From: Bacteroidaceae bacterium
GTDB lineage: Bacteria > Bacteroidota > Bacteroidia > Bacteroidales > Bacteroidaceae
Assembly (NCBI GenBank): GCA_963639545.1
Contig: CAVHUZ010000001.1
Location: 9,646 to 73,645, forward strand
DNA length: 64,000 bases
Direction of reading: 5' to 3'
A program made the translations under genes and the position numbers. Below the pieces are notes generated by a model that was given only the letters and a program-made list of their open reading frames with translations, was not told where the DNA came from and did no database searches. Positions 40,006 to 50,440 of this stretch are shown piece by piece. Position 1 is the stretch's first letter, and each line of letters begins with the position of its first letter.

Positions 40006-42345
40006 TTACAGTGTGAGCGTCGTTTGTAACTTGATGTCATTCGAAGCCGAACCCACCATCACCTTAAAGTCGCCTTTCTCCACCACACGTTTCATGTTGC
40101 GGTCGATGATGCTGAGGTCTTCAGGTGTGAGCGTAAAGGTGAAATGATGTGTTTCGCCCTTCTTGATCATCACGCGTTCAAAGTGTTTGAGCTGCTCAAG
40201 AGGTTGCGAGGTGCTAGCCACCTCATCGTGCAGATAGAGCTGCGCTACCTCTTCGCCATCCCTACTACCCGTATTGGTTACGTCAAACGCCACCTCGTAC
40301 GTGTTCTCACCCACCTTTTTCAGATTGAGATTGGCATAGCTGAAGGTGGTGTAACTCAGACCATAACCGAACGCATAAAGCGGTTTGGCACTCATCTCTA
40401 CATAGTTGTGCAGCACAGGTGCTTTCTTGTTGTAGTAGACAGGAAGCTGTCCGATGTTGGCAGCCACACTCACCGGCAGACGTCCAGCAGGGTTATAGTC
40501 GCCAAAGAGCACATCGGCGATGGCTTGTCCACCCTGTTGTCCAGGATAATATGCCGTCAGGAGCGCATCAGCATGTTCAGCCGCCCAAGTCTTAATCAGC
40601 GGTCTGCCCTCGATATATACCACCACCAATGGTTTGCCAGTGGCTTTCAAGGCACTTAGTAGCTCGTCCTGCTTGCCCAGCAATCCCAGTGTAGCGCGGT
40701 CAAAACCCTCACCACAGTCCATGTCGGCCAAGCTCTTCGAATCGCTTACCGCAGCTCCCGTCTCCTTATATGATGTCTTAAAGTCGCGAGCGCTGCTGCC
40801 GCCTACTGCTACCACCACCACATCGGCGCGGCGAGCAGCCTCCACAGCCTTATCTATCTCCGTGTTTGTGGTGTCACGCACCGCACATCCCTTGACATAC
40901 TCGATATTCTCTGCGGGCACCTTGGTGCGTATACCATCTAGGATAGTCTTCACGTTGCTATCCTCTTGTGGTGCGGTATAGTCGCCTAGGAGATTGTAGC
41001 GATTGTCAGCGTTAGGACCAATCACCGCCACGCGAGCGCTTTTAGAAAGCGGCAACACATTGTTCTTGTTCTCCAGAAGCGTCACCAGCTCCTGCGCCAT
41101 GCGGTGCGCCACCTCTACCGAAGCCTCGGTGCGAACCTCTTTGGCGGCAGCCTTTGGATCAACATAAGGATGCTCAAAGAGTCCCATCTCAAACTTCATG
41201 CGTAGAATGCGAGCGCAAGCTGAATCGATCTGTGCTCCTGTCACCATGTGCTTGTTGAGCGCATCCACCAATGGCGCATACGCCTTGCCACCTAGGTCAG
41301 CGTCCACGCCCGCCTGAAGCGACAATGCTCCCGCTTCCTGACGAGTGGCAGCCACGTGATGGGTCTCCCAGATGCCATCGATGCTATAAAGGTCTGACAC
41401 CACGAAACCATTGAAGCCCCAGTCCTGGCGAAGCACATCCTTGAGATAATAGTCGTTCATTGTGCTTGGGATACCATCTAGCGAGTTGTACGAAGTCATC
41501 ACTGACAACGCCCCAGCGTCTATTGCTTTCTTGAACGGATAGAGGAAGTTTTCATGTATCTCACGCACCCCGAGGAACGTAGGATTGCCATTCTGTCCGC
41601 CTTCCGTGGTGCCATAGCCGATGAAATGCTTCAGCGTAGCAATGGTGCTATAAGGCTTTGACAGATCGCCACCGCCCAGTCCGCGTACCATAGCCACACC
41701 GATGGCAGCCGTCAACACGGGATCTTCACCCATACTCTCTTCCACACGGCTCCATCGTGGATCCCTACTGAGGTCCATCACCGGTCCGTAGCTGATGTGT
41801 CCGCCTTGCAGACGCACCTCCTTACCTATCACCTGTCCAGCCTGTTCTATGATTGCGGGATCCCATGTGGCAGCCATACCCAGTCCGGTGGGGAACACCG
41901 TGGTACCTATAGCCATGTGTCCGTGAGGTGCTTCCTCGGCCAGGAACAAGGGGATACCCAGGCGGGTGTTCTCCAAGACATACTTCTGCAGCGCGTTGCC
42001 ACACTTCGCAGCCAGTTCAGGATTGAGTCCGTTGTCTAGGCTCTTCTGTGTCCAAGGGTCGGCACGATAGGTCGCCCAGAGCATACCGATGTTGCCTTCG
42101 GCTATATCTTTCTTGAAAGAGGCAGACGGAACCACGTTCTTTCCCACGATGTCATAGTAGTTCCAAGCCAGCGTACAACGCAGTTGGCCCACCTTCTCTT
42201 CCCACGTCATGCGTGAGAGCAAGTCGCTCACACGTTGCTCTATGGGCAAGGAAGCGTTCTGATAGGGTAGCACTTCCTTCTTCTTCGCATTACCTTGTCC
42301 TATGGCGAGAGCCACTGCCATCGCCATGATCAGTATCTTCTTCAT
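40006..42345 (-). CDS. GH3 beta-glucosidase/xylosidase (BglX-like)
   Basis: RDPRWSRVEE, TLKHF, GFVVSDL nucleophile motif, LYAFGYGLSYT, Fn3-like C-terminus. Confidence 0.93.
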   Translation of the reverse strand: MKKILIMAMAVALAIGQGNAKKKEVLPYQNASLPIEQRVSDLLSRMTWEEKVGQLRCTLAWNYYDIVGKNVVPSASFKKDIAEGNIGMLWATYRADPWTQKSLDNGLNPELAAKCGNALQKYVLENTRLGIPLFLAEEAPHGHMAIGTTVFPTGLGMAATWDPAIIEQAGQVIGKEVRLQGGHISYGPVMDLSRDPRWSRVEESMGEDPVLTAAIGVAMVRGLGGGDLSKPYSTIATLKHFIGYGTTEGGQNGNPTFLGVREIHENFLYPFKKAIDAGALSVMTSYNSLDGIPSTMNDYYLKDVLRQDWGFNGFVVSDLYSIDGIWETHHVAATRQEAGALSLQAGVDADLGGKAYAPLVDALNKHMVTGAQIDSACARILRMKFEMGLFEHPYVDPKAAAKEVRTEASVEVAHRMAQELVTLLENKNNVLPLSKSARVAVIGPNADNRYNLLGDYTAPQEDSNVKTILDGIRTKVPAENIEYVKGCAVRDTTNTEIDKAVEAARRADVVVVAVGGSSARDFKTSYKETGAAVSDSKSLADMDCGEGFDRATLGLLGKQDELLSALKATGKPLVVVYIEGRPLIKTWAAEHADALLTAYYPGQQGGQAIADVLFGDYNPAGRLPVSVAANIGQLPVYYNKKAPVLHNYVEMSAKPLYAFGYGLSYTTFSYANLNLKKVGENTYEVAFDVTNTGSRDGEEVAQLYLHDEVASTSQPLEQLKHFERVMIKKGETHHFTFTLTPEDLSIIDRNMKRVVEKGDFKVMVGSASNDIKLQTTLTL

Positions 42346-42353
42346 AGTCTAGA

Positions 42354-44171
42354 TTATTTGATTACGAGTTTTTCGTATTTGATTGCTTCACCGCTCTTAA
42401 CCATACGGGTGGCACGCAGAGTGACATAACGTGCCGTGGTGGGCGTGAAGTAGACTTCTTGCATCATCGGGTTGTTACGGATATTAGAGAATTCGCCTTC
42501 CGCCACCTTCTCCATCTTGTCGGTGCTCATGCCTAGATATAGCTCATAGTTGGATATCATACCCTCATGCGCCGCCGTCTGGTCAGGTTGATAGAAGCAT
42601 GCGCTCACCGTCTGCGCCTTGCCTAGATCCAGCGTCACCGCATCAGTAGTGTTGCTCGCTACGCTGTAATCCAGTCCCTTTATCTCTGCGGCTTTCTCCT
42701 GCTGAGGCTCTTTGGCGTTGGCAGCATAGTAAACGCCTAGTTCGTTGATGCAGAGCGGACCTCTGGCTTTGTCAAATCGGATGCGCATCTGCTTTGTGCT
42801 GATGGTGTTGATGCGCAGCAGTCGGCGATAGCCCACGGTCGTAGTCTCCTCATGCGCGTTGACCGGCATCCAGTTCTTTCCATCGAGATATTCCACGGTG
42901 AAGTGTTCTACGCGTTGCCCTAGAGGGATAAACTCTTGCAGCTTCAGGCGGTTCACCTTGGTCGTCTTGTTGAACGTGATGGTCAGTGTGGCTTGCGTCA
43001 CGCCGTCATGCGTAGCCCAGTAGGTGTCAAAGTTGTCATCCGTCAGCGCCGACACGTCATAATCCTTTCCTCTGACATCGCTAGCCTTGATGCGCGCACG
43101 CTTGAGCAGATTGTCCTTCAGTTCGGCTTTGATCTGCTGATAAGCCTTCACGGCATTGGTGGAGTCGATAGGATGGATTCGGCCCTCCTTGTTTACGGGG
43201 AAGTTGATCAGCTGTGTGCCGTTGTGCCCCACGCTGCGATAGTAGAGATCCACTAGTTGATCGACGGTCTTTACCTTTCCATCTTCCTTCTCATGGTAGA
43301 ACCATCCCGGGCGGATGCTGACGTCACACTCTGCCGGAACCCACGTGTCGCCATCGGCGTGACCTTGTTGCAGCTCCCAGTACTTGTCATATCCGGGATA
43401 CACATCGTTGAAACGCAGGAACGACCAGTTGGTAGCAAAGGCAAAACCTCTCTCGTTGCCCACCCAGCGGCAGCCAGGGCCGCCATCCGAGAAGATTACC
43501 GCCTTAGGCTGTAGGTCATGTACCATCTTCCAAGCGCGTGGGAAGTCGTAGTAGGTACGGCGGTCGATCTGTCGCGTTTCCTTAGCTCCGCCATACCATC
43601 CGTCGCCGCCGTTGGCTCCGTCAAACCATATCTCGAACAGGTCGCCATACTGTGTGAGCAACTCGCGCAGCTGAGCGTAGAAGTATTCTACATACAATGA
43701 CGTGCCGTAAAAGGCTTGATGTCGGTCCCAGGGTGAGAGATATAGCCCCAGCTTGAGCCCGTGCTTCTTACAGGCAGCAGCCAGTTCGCCTACGATATCT
43801 CCCTTACCATCCTTGTAAGGCGTGTTGCGCACCGAGTAGTCGGTATATTTTGTGGGCCACAGACAGAAGCCGTCGTGATGCTTAGCTGTGAGAATCACCC
43901 CTTTCATACCCGCTTCCTTAATGGTCTTGACCCACTGTTCGCAGTCAAGACGAGAGGGATTGAACGAGTTGAGCGGTGCGTCGCCATAGCCCCATTCACG
44001 ATCACCGAAGGTGTTAGGACCGAAGTGGATGAAAGCATAGGTCTCCATCTGTTGCCAGTGGACCTGGTTCTCCGTGGGCAGTGGTGCCACCGGAGCGGGC
44101 GCCGTGTTCTGAGCTAGCGCCACGCCCGCACCGAAGAGCAGTGCGAGGGCGGTGAGGGATGTCTTGTTCAT
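42354..44171 (-). CDS. GH29 alpha-L-fucosidase with F5/8 (CBM32-like) domains
   Basis: FIHFGPNTF, TAKHHDGFCLWP, LYLSPWDRH, IWFDGA, ECDVSIRPGWFYH. Confidence 0.95.
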   Translation of the reverse strand: MNKTSLTALALLFGAGVALAQNTAPAPVAPLPTENQVHWQQMETYAFIHFGPNTFGDREWGYGDAPLNSFNPSRLDCEQWVKTIKEAGMKGVILTAKHHDGFCLWPTKYTDYSVRNTPYKDGKGDIVGELAAACKKHGLKLGLYLSPWDRHQAFYGTSLYVEYFYAQLRELLTQYGDLFEIWFDGANGGDGWYGGAKETRQIDRRTYYDFPRAWKMVHDLQPKAVIFSDGGPGCRWVGNERGFAFATNWSFLRFNDVYPGYDKYWELQQGHADGDTWVPAECDVSIRPGWFYHEKEDGKVKTVDQLVDLYYRSVGHNGTQLINFPVNKEGRIHPIDSTNAVKAYQQIKAELKDNLLKRARIKASDVRGKDYDVSALTDDNFDTYWATHDGVTQATLTITFNKTTKVNRLKLQEFIPLGQRVEHFTVEYLDGKNWMPVNAHEETTTVGYRRLLRINTISTKQMRIRFDKARGPLCINELGVYYAANAKEPQQEKAAEIKGLDYSVASNTTDAVTLDLGKAQTVSACFYQPDQTAAHEGMISNYELYLGMSTDKMEKVAEGEFSNIRNNPMMQEVYFTPTTARYVTLRATRMVKSGEAIKYEKLVIK

Positions 44172-46456
44172 TTGCGTTTGGTGTTAGAGAATGAGTAAGG
44201 TACGTCATCAGCGGCAGTGCCACGCTGCTTGTTAGGCTGTGCGCCCATGGTGAATTGTAGGCTTGCTCCGTTGACGAGGTCTTCGTGATTGAGATAGTTG
44301 TGACTATATTCAGTGCCGTTGAGCTTAAGGCTCTGGACATACGTATCGTGTGAGTTGGCAGTGATAGAGAGCGTCTTGCCGTTCTCTAGATGCACGTTGA
44401 TCTTGTTAAAGTAGGGCGTACCCAGCACATACTGGTTGCTACCAGGGCATACGGGGTAGAATCCCATTGCTGAGAAGACATACCATGCCGATGTCTGACC
44501 GTTATCCTCATCACCGCAGTAGCCGTCGGGTGCCGGTGTGTAGAGCTTGTCCATCACCTCACGTATCCAGTATTGTGACTTCCAAGGCTGTCCGCTGTAA
44601 CCATAAAGGTAGAGCATATGCTGGATGGGTTGGTTGCCATGAGCATAGTTGCCCATGTTCATGATCTGCATCTCGCGTATCTCGTGGATCACTTGTCCGT
44701 AGTAGCTCTCATCGAAGATAGGTGGTACGGTGAACACGCTGTCCATCTTCAGGTTGAAAGCCTCTTTGCCGCCCATGAGGTCAATCAGTCCTTGTGGGTC
44801 ATGGAACACGCACCATGTCCAGTGCCAGCTGTTGCCCTCGGTGAACGCATCACCCCACTTGTAAGGGCTGAAGGGACTCTGGAACTTGCCGTTCTCTAGG
44901 CGACCGCGCATCATCTTGGTCTCAGGGTCAAAGACGTTGCGGTAGTTCATAGCACGCTGCTTGAAGGGCTTGAGCTCCTTCTCGCTCTTTCCTAGCGCCT
45001 TGCCAAACTGGTATATGCACCAGTCGTCATAGGCATACTCCAGCGTGCGAGCCACGTTCTCATTGATCTTCACATCGTAAGGCACATATCCCAACTTGTT
45101 GTAGTACTGGTATCCCTCACGTCCGGTAGAGTTGACCGTTGGGTGCACTGCATTGGCACCATGCACCACGGCCTTCCAAAGCTTCTCGGCATCATACCCG
45201 CGAAGCCCCTTAAGGTAGGCGTCAGCTACGATGGAAGCTGAGTTGTTGCCCACCATACATCCGCGGTGACCAGGGCTGGCCCACTCGGGGAGGAATCCGC
45301 TCTCATCATAGGCGCATACCAAGCCGGCTTGCATCTTCTCGCCCATAGAAGGATAAACCAAGTCGATCAGTGGGAACAAGCAGCGGAAGGTATCCCAGAA
45401 ACCCGTGTCGGTGAACATATATCCGGGTCTCACCTCGCCGTTGTAAGGACTGTAATGCACCGTCTCACCCTTGGCGTTGATCTCATAGAACGCTCTTGGG
45501 AACAACAGGCTGCGATATAAGCAGCTGTAGAATGTGCGTAGGTGATCCACATTGTCGTCACTCACGTCTATCTTGCTCAATACCTCGTTCCAGCGCTGGC
45601 GTCCAGCCTCTTTCACCTGGTCCAGTGAACGTGTCCCTAGCTCCTTGAGGTTGAGCTCGGCTTGCTCAGATGAGATGAATGAAGAAGCCACACGCACATG
45701 CACCCGCTCGCCGCGGCGAGTCTTAAACTGCACGATGGCACCCGCATGATCGCAGGTGACGCTGCTCGTTGAGGCTGCTGTGAAGTGGTAGTCCTTGTCC
45801 ACCTCGCCTGCGGTAGATACCGTGAAGGGATGGTCAAACTCAAGGACGAAGTAGTTCTTAAAGTTGTCGGGCACGCCGCCGCTATTGCGTGTGGTGTAAC
45901 CCACAATCTTGTTCTGGCCCGGAATGACCGTGATGGATGATCCACGATCGAAGGCATCCACAAGGATGTTGGCTTGATCGGTCTCAGGGAAAGTGAAACT
46001 GAAGATTGCAGCACGCTCAGTAGGGGCAATCTCGGTCACCACATCATAGTCGGCCAGGTACACCTTGTAATAATAAGGGGTAGCCGTCTCAGCCTTGTGT
46101 GAGAACCAACTGGCACGCTTGTTCTCGTCAAACTCGGGTGTGCCGGTGGTTGCCATGATCGAAAACTGACCATAGTCGTTGATCCAAGGCGATGGTTGGT
46201 GGGTCTGCTTGAAGCCCTTGATCTTCTCAGCCGTGTACGAATATTGCCATCCGTCACCCATCTTACCAGTCTGAGGAACCCAGAAATTCATACCCCATGG
46301 CATGGCAATGGCAGGGTAGGTGTTACCGGTAGATAAAGTGTAATTAGACTCTGTTCCAACGAGCGGATTGACATAATCCACTGGGCCGGGCTTTGCTGCT
46401 CTGACAGAATGAAGCATGGCAAGCCCTAACAAGGTTGTTAATAGAACTTTCTTCAT
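44168..46456 (-). CDS. GH92 alpha-mannosidase (alpha-1,2 type by motif)
   Basis: STGNTYPAIAMPWG, FWDTFR, FTEGNSW, IHEIREM, YAHGNQP, GDEDNGQTSAW. Confidence 0.95.
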   Translation of the reverse strand: MKKVLLTTLLGLAMLHSVRAAKPGPVDYVNPLVGTESNYTLSTGNTYPAIAMPWGMNFWVPQTGKMGDGWQYSYTAEKIKGFKQTHQPSPWINDYGQFSIMATTGTPEFDENKRASWFSHKAETATPYYYKVYLADYDVVTEIAPTERAAIFSFTFPETDQANILVDAFDRGSSITVIPGQNKIVGYTTRNSGGVPDNFKNYFVLEFDHPFTVSTAGEVDKDYHFTAASTSSVTCDHAGAIVQFKTRRGERVHVRVASSFISSEQAELNLKELGTRSLDQVKEAGRQRWNEVLSKIDVSDDNVDHLRTFYSCLYRSLLFPRAFYEINAKGETVHYSPYNGEVRPGYMFTDTGFWDTFRCLFPLIDLVYPSMGEKMQAGLVCAYDESGFLPEWASPGHRGCMVGNNSASIVADAYLKGLRGYDAEKLWKAVVHGANAVHPTVNSTGREGYQYYNKLGYVPYDVKINENVARTLEYAYDDWCIYQFGKALGKSEKELKPFKQRAMNYRNVFDPETKMMRGRLENGKFQSPFSPYKWGDAFTEGNSWHWTWCVFHDPQGLIDLMGGKEAFNLKMDSVFTVPPIFDESYYGQVIHEIREMQIMNMGNYAHGNQPIQHMLYLYGYSGQPWKSQYWIREVMDKLYTPAPDGYCGDEDNGQTSAWYVFSAMGFYPVCPGSNQYVLGTPYFNKINVHLENGKTLSITANSHDTYVQSLKLNGTEYSHNYLNHEDLVNGASLQFTMGAQPNKQRGTAADDVPYSFSNTKRK

Positions 46457-46593
46457 TGGTAGTGTTTATAGTTATTCTATCTGCAAAGGTACTTAAAAAA
46501 TACGGAAATACCCCCGTTTAGATACTATTTAATCCGATTCGCGCATTATTTGGTAATTAATAACTATCCTTCCATCTATCCATCTCGGCCGTC

Positions 46594-46683
46594 TCATCTT
46601 CCGAAAGAAGTCCTATCGGATAGAAGATTAATTTGTTTTTCATCAGAAATCAATTTAATTTTCTCCAAAAAACAATTTATTTT
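46594..46683. repeat. Dispersed AT-rich triple-box repeat, copy B
   Basis: Reverse-complement match to 8878-8967 including the TCTTTCGGAAGATGA tail; shares AAATCAATTTAATTTTCTCC with copy D. Confidence 0.7.
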
Positions 46684-46839
46684 TCCATCCCTAGGCATTG
46701 CTTCTGGCTAGTGAAAGGAATCCTTTGGGTTGGTATTAAAGCCCCTTTCAGCCTATGAAAGGTCTATTATTTGCGCCTAAACCGACCGAAAACCGAAAAT
46801 AACCATTAACTTTGCATGGCACATTGTAAAGTCAGCAAT

Positions 46840-47499
46840 ATGAAGACACCATACCTCTTTCTTGCCGCAACGATGCTTCTCGCGGCGTGTCAATACGATT
46901 CTTATGAGAGTGGCGATACCTCGTTGTCCTATCTCACCACCGAGCTTGTAGATGCTACGACCAATAGCGATGCGCTCTTTACTACCGCTACGACCGATGA
47001 TGGCACCACGCTGACCCTACGTCCTTCCTATGCTGCTGACTGGGCAACGGTGGCTGACACCACCTATCGAGCCTTGCTCTATCACCGACAGGTGACCGAT
47101 GGCGCCACTAGCGTCATCTCCCTGCGTCGCGTCACCATGACACCCATCGTCAGTCAGGATACCGATGTGACAATAGCCACAGACCCCCTAGACCTAGAAA
47201 GCGTATGGGTGGGTAAGAACAAGCGCTACCTCAATATGGCGCTCAAGATCAAGACGGGCGCTACCGAAGGCGAGAAACAACTGCAGCAGGTGGCTGTGGT
47301 GTGTGACTCGGTGACCCAGCTCGCTAGCGGTAAAGCCCATCACTGGCTCACATTGTTCCACAAGCAGAACAATCAACCAGAGTATTACACATCCAAGGTC
47401 TATGTCAGTGTGCCGCTTGACCATATTGCTTTGGGTGACAGCATCACCCTAAAGGTGAACACCTATAAGGGAATGATCAGTAAAGAAATAGAGAAATAA
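46840..47499 (+). CDS. NigD-like lipoprotein
   Basis: Lipobox LAAC; TDDGTTL, DTTYRALLY, TDPLDLESVW..YLNM; TAACTTTG box upstream supports the second ATG. Confidence 0.75.
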   Translation: MKTPYLFLAATMLLAACQYDSYESGDTSLSYLTTELVDATTNSDALFTTATTDDGTTLTLRPSYAADWATVADTTYRALLYHRQVTDGATSVISLRRVTMTPIVSQDTDVTIATDPLDLESVWVGKNKRYLNMALKIKTGATEGEKQLQQVAVVCDSVTQLASGKAHHWLTLFHKQNNQPEYYTSKVYVSVPLDHIALGDSITLKVNTYKGMISKEIEK

Positions 47500-47508
47500 T
47501 CATCAGCT

Positions 47509-48396
47509 ATGAAGATAACAGAAGGCTATATGCCCTTCAAGGGCTTTCAGACCTATTACCGCGTTGTGGGCGAAGCGACCGATAAAGCACCTTTGCTTCT
47601 CTTGCATGGCGGACCAGGGAGCACGCACAACTATTTTGAGGTGCTCGACTGCTTGGCTCAAACCGGCAGGCAGGTGATCAGTTATGACCAGATAGGGTGT
47701 GGCAAGTCGTTTGTCTCGGGTCATCCCGAGCTGTTCACGCTAGACGTATGGACCGACGAACTCATTGCGCTGCGTGAGCATCTGCACCTAGACCGTGTGC
47801 ATATCTTGGGACAGTCGTGGGGCGGCATGATGCTCATCGGTTATCTTATCGACCATCAACCCCAGGGCGTGGCGTCGGCTATCCTTGCTAGCACGCTATC
47901 TAGCAGCCAGCTATGGGGACGTGAGCAGCACCGTATGATCGGTTTCATGAGCAGTAAGGATCAGGCTGCCATCGCTCGCGCTGAAGCCACGGGCGACTAT
48001 ACCCAGCCCGACTACCTCAGCGCCAATGACCACTTCATGGAACAACACTGCGCACCTGAGGTCAATATGGATAGTCCGGAATGTCTCCGCCGTGAGAAGC
48101 AAGCAGGTACGGAGGCTTATCTCGTGGCTTGGGGTCCCAACGAATATACGCCACTGGGCAATCTGAAAGACTTCGACTACACCGCACGCCTGGGCGAGAT
48201 CCATTGCCCTTGTCTCATTACGAGTGGCACTAACGATATGTGCACACCACTCGTAGCAAAGACCATGTATGACCGCATACCCAACGCCACGTGGCATCTC
48301 TTTGATGGTACACGCCACATGTCGTTCGTGGAGCAGCACGATGAGTACTGCGAGGTGCTCAGCCAGTGGCTCGATGCGCATGAAGAAAGAAAGTAG
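47509..48396 (+). CDS. pepI: Proline iminopeptidase (alpha/beta hydrolase, S33)
   Basis: LLHGGPG, YDQIGCG, GQSWGG nucleophile elbow, SGTNDMCTP, H of RHMSF. Confidence 0.9.
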   Translation: MKITEGYMPFKGFQTYYRVVGEATDKAPLLLLHGGPGSTHNYFEVLDCLAQTGRQVISYDQIGCGKSFVSGHPELFTLDVWTDELIALREHLHLDRVHILGQSWGGMMLIGYLIDHQPQGVASAILASTLSSSQLWGREQHRMIGFMSSKDQAAIARAEATGDYTQPDYLSANDHFMEQHCAPEVNMDSPECLRREKQAGTEAYLVAWGPNEYTPLGNLKDFDYTARLGEIHCPCLITSGTNDMCTPLVAKTMYDRIPNATWHLFDGTRHMSFVEQHDEYCEVLSQWLDAHEERK

Positions 48397-48470
48397 AACG
48401 GTTTTCAAGGCGAACGTTCGTCGGTTTAGATAGATTTTTGTACTTTTGTAAAAATTAACATTATAGACCG

Positions 48471-49040
48471 ATGAACGCATTAGAAGAACGTATTCTCAAA
48501 GACGGGAAATGCTTTCCTGGAGGCATCCTTAAGGTAGACAAGTTTATCAATCATCAGATGGATCCTAACCTGATGAAACGTATCGCCGTGGAGCTGATCC
48601 GTCGTTATGCATCAACCGAAATCAATAAGATTATCACCATCGAGGCCAGCGGCATCGCGCCTGCTATCATGATGGGCTTTTTGCTCGACCTCCCTGTGGT
48701 GTTTGCAAAGAAGAAAAAACCGTCGACGATGGGCGATATGCTCTCGACGACGGTTTTCTCGTTTACCAAACAGCGCGAATATACCGTGGTGATATCCAAG
48801 GAATACCTCACTCCGGACGACAAAGTGCTCTTCGTGGACGACTTCCTAGCCTATGGCAATGCTGCCCTAGGTATCATAGATCTATGTCGCAAGGCGGGGG
48901 CTGAGCTCGTAGGAATGGGCTTTATCATCGAGAAAGCGTTTCAGCATGGACGCGAGCGCATCGAGAAAGAAGGTGTGCGGTGTGAGAGTGTGGCTATCAT
49001 TGAGTCACTAGACAACTGTGAAATCAAACTGAAGAAGTAA
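48471..49040 (+). CDS. xpt: Xanthine phosphoribosyltransferase
   Basis: [40 protein letters not shown] at 48441-48448. Confidence 0.95.
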   Translation: MNALEERILKDGKCFPGGILKVDKFINHQMDPNLMKRIAVELIRRYASTEINKIITIEASGIAPAIMMGFLLDLPVVFAKKKKPSTMGDMLSTTVFSFTKQREYTVVISKEYLTPDDKVLFVDDFLAYGNAALGIIDLCRKAGAELVGMGFIIEKAFQHGRERIEKEGVRCESVAIIESLDNCEIKLKK

Positions 49041-49045
49041 CCTCT

Positions 49046-50389
49046 ATGGCTGAACCGAAGCTCCTTCTCTATGGCCTTAATGACCGTCCGCCCTTTCGTG
49101 AAGCTGCGTTTGCGGCTTTGCAACATCTCCTCGCTATCTTTGTGGCTATCATCACGCCGGCTCTTATCATCAGTTCGGCACTGAAGTTTGACGTTCCTAC
49201 CACGGGTTATCTAGTGTCGATGTCGCTCTTTATGTCGGGTGTGTCAACCTATATCCAGAGTCGTCGCATCGGTCCTATCGGTACAGGATTGCTCTGCATC
49301 CAAGGCACATCATTCTCCTTCATCAGTCCTATCATCAGTGCGGGTATGCTGGGAATGGTCAATGGCAAGATGGATGTGTCGCTCGCACTGAGTTATATCT
49401 TCGGTGGCTGCTTCGTGGCATCGGTTGTCGAGATGGTGGTGAGCCGAATGTTGCCATATGCTCGTAAGGTGATCACGCCGCTGGTGGCTGGTACGGTGGT
49501 GACGCTGATAGGATTGTGCCTGATCAAGGCAGGCATCGTGTCGTGCGGAGGTGGCCAGAAGGCGATAGACGCAGGTACGTTTGGGTCGCTGCAGAATCTC
49601 GGATTGGCATTGATGGTGCTGGTACTGATCGTCTTCTTCAATCGTTCTCAGAATCGGTATCTGCGCATGGGAGCGGTGGTGCTGGGTCTGCTGATAGGCT
49701 CAGTGGTGGCTTATGGCTTGGGGATGATGGATTTCTCAAGCATCAATAGTGCTCACCGCCTGAATATCCCCATACCTCTGAAGTATGGGATGCGCTTTGA
49801 CGTGGGTGTCATCGTAAGCCTAGGCCTGATCTATCTGGTGACGGCGGTGGAGGCTTTTGGCGATATCACCGCCAACTCGCTTATCTCTGACGAACCTGTC
49901 GAGGGCCCCGTGTTCCTCAAACGCGCACAGGGTGGCATCTTGGCAGATGGGTTCAACTCGATGTTGGCAGCCGTGTTCAATAGTTTTCCCAACTCTATCT
50001 TTGCCCAAAACAATGGTATGATTCAGCTCACGGGTGTGGCAAGCCGATATGTGGGCTATTTCATCGCAGTGGCACTGGTGCTGTTAAGCCTGTTCCCCGT
50101 AGTGGGAGAGGTGTTCTCGCTCATCCCCGACTGTGTGCTGGGTGGCGCTACGCTACTGATGTTTGGTATGGTGGCGGCTGCTGGCATGCGCATCATCGCC
50201 TCCACAAAGATCGACCGCAGAGCGGTATTGGTGCTGGCTATCAGTTTTGCTATGGGCATGAGTGTAGAGCTGGTACCCGACATTCTCTCACAGATGCCGC
50301 CTGTTGTGAAGAGTATCTTCTCTAGCGGAATCACCACGGGAGGCCTCACGGCGATGATAGCTAACGCTTGTATACGTATCAAGGAATAA
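49046..50389 (+). CDS. NCS2 xanthine/uracil permease
   Basis: ALQHLLA, FAQNNGMIQLTGVASR NCS2 signature, polytopic, next to xpt. Confidence 0.93.
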   Translation: MAEPKLLLYGLNDRPPFREAAFAALQHLLAIFVAIITPALIISSALKFDVPTTGYLVSMSLFMSGVSTYIQSRRIGPIGTGLLCIQGTSFSFISPIISAGMLGMVNGKMDVSLALSYIFGGCFVASVVEMVVSRMLPYARKVITPLVAGTVVTLIGLCLIKAGIVSCGGGQKAIDAGTFGSLQNLGLALMVLVLIVFFNRSQNRYLRMGAVVLGLLIGSVVAYGLGMMDFSSINSAHRLNIPIPLKYGMRFDVGVIVSLGLIYLVTAVEAFGDITANSLISDEPVEGPVFLKRAQGGILADGFNSMLAAVFNSFPNSIFAQNNGMIQLTGVASRYVGYFIAVALVLLSLFPVVGEVFSLIPDCVLGGATLLMFGMVAAAGMRIIASTKIDRRAVLVLAISFAMGMSVELVPDILSQMPPVVKSIFSSGITTGGLTAMIANACIRIKE

Positions 50390-50440
50390 AGAATCGGAAT
50401 CTACTTATATTCATTTATTCACTACAAAACAACTACGCTT

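Noticed and set aside
48397..48470. Purine riboswitch before xpt
   Set aside because: The gap is only 74 bp with the -7 box 22 bp from the ATG, leaving no room for an aptamer
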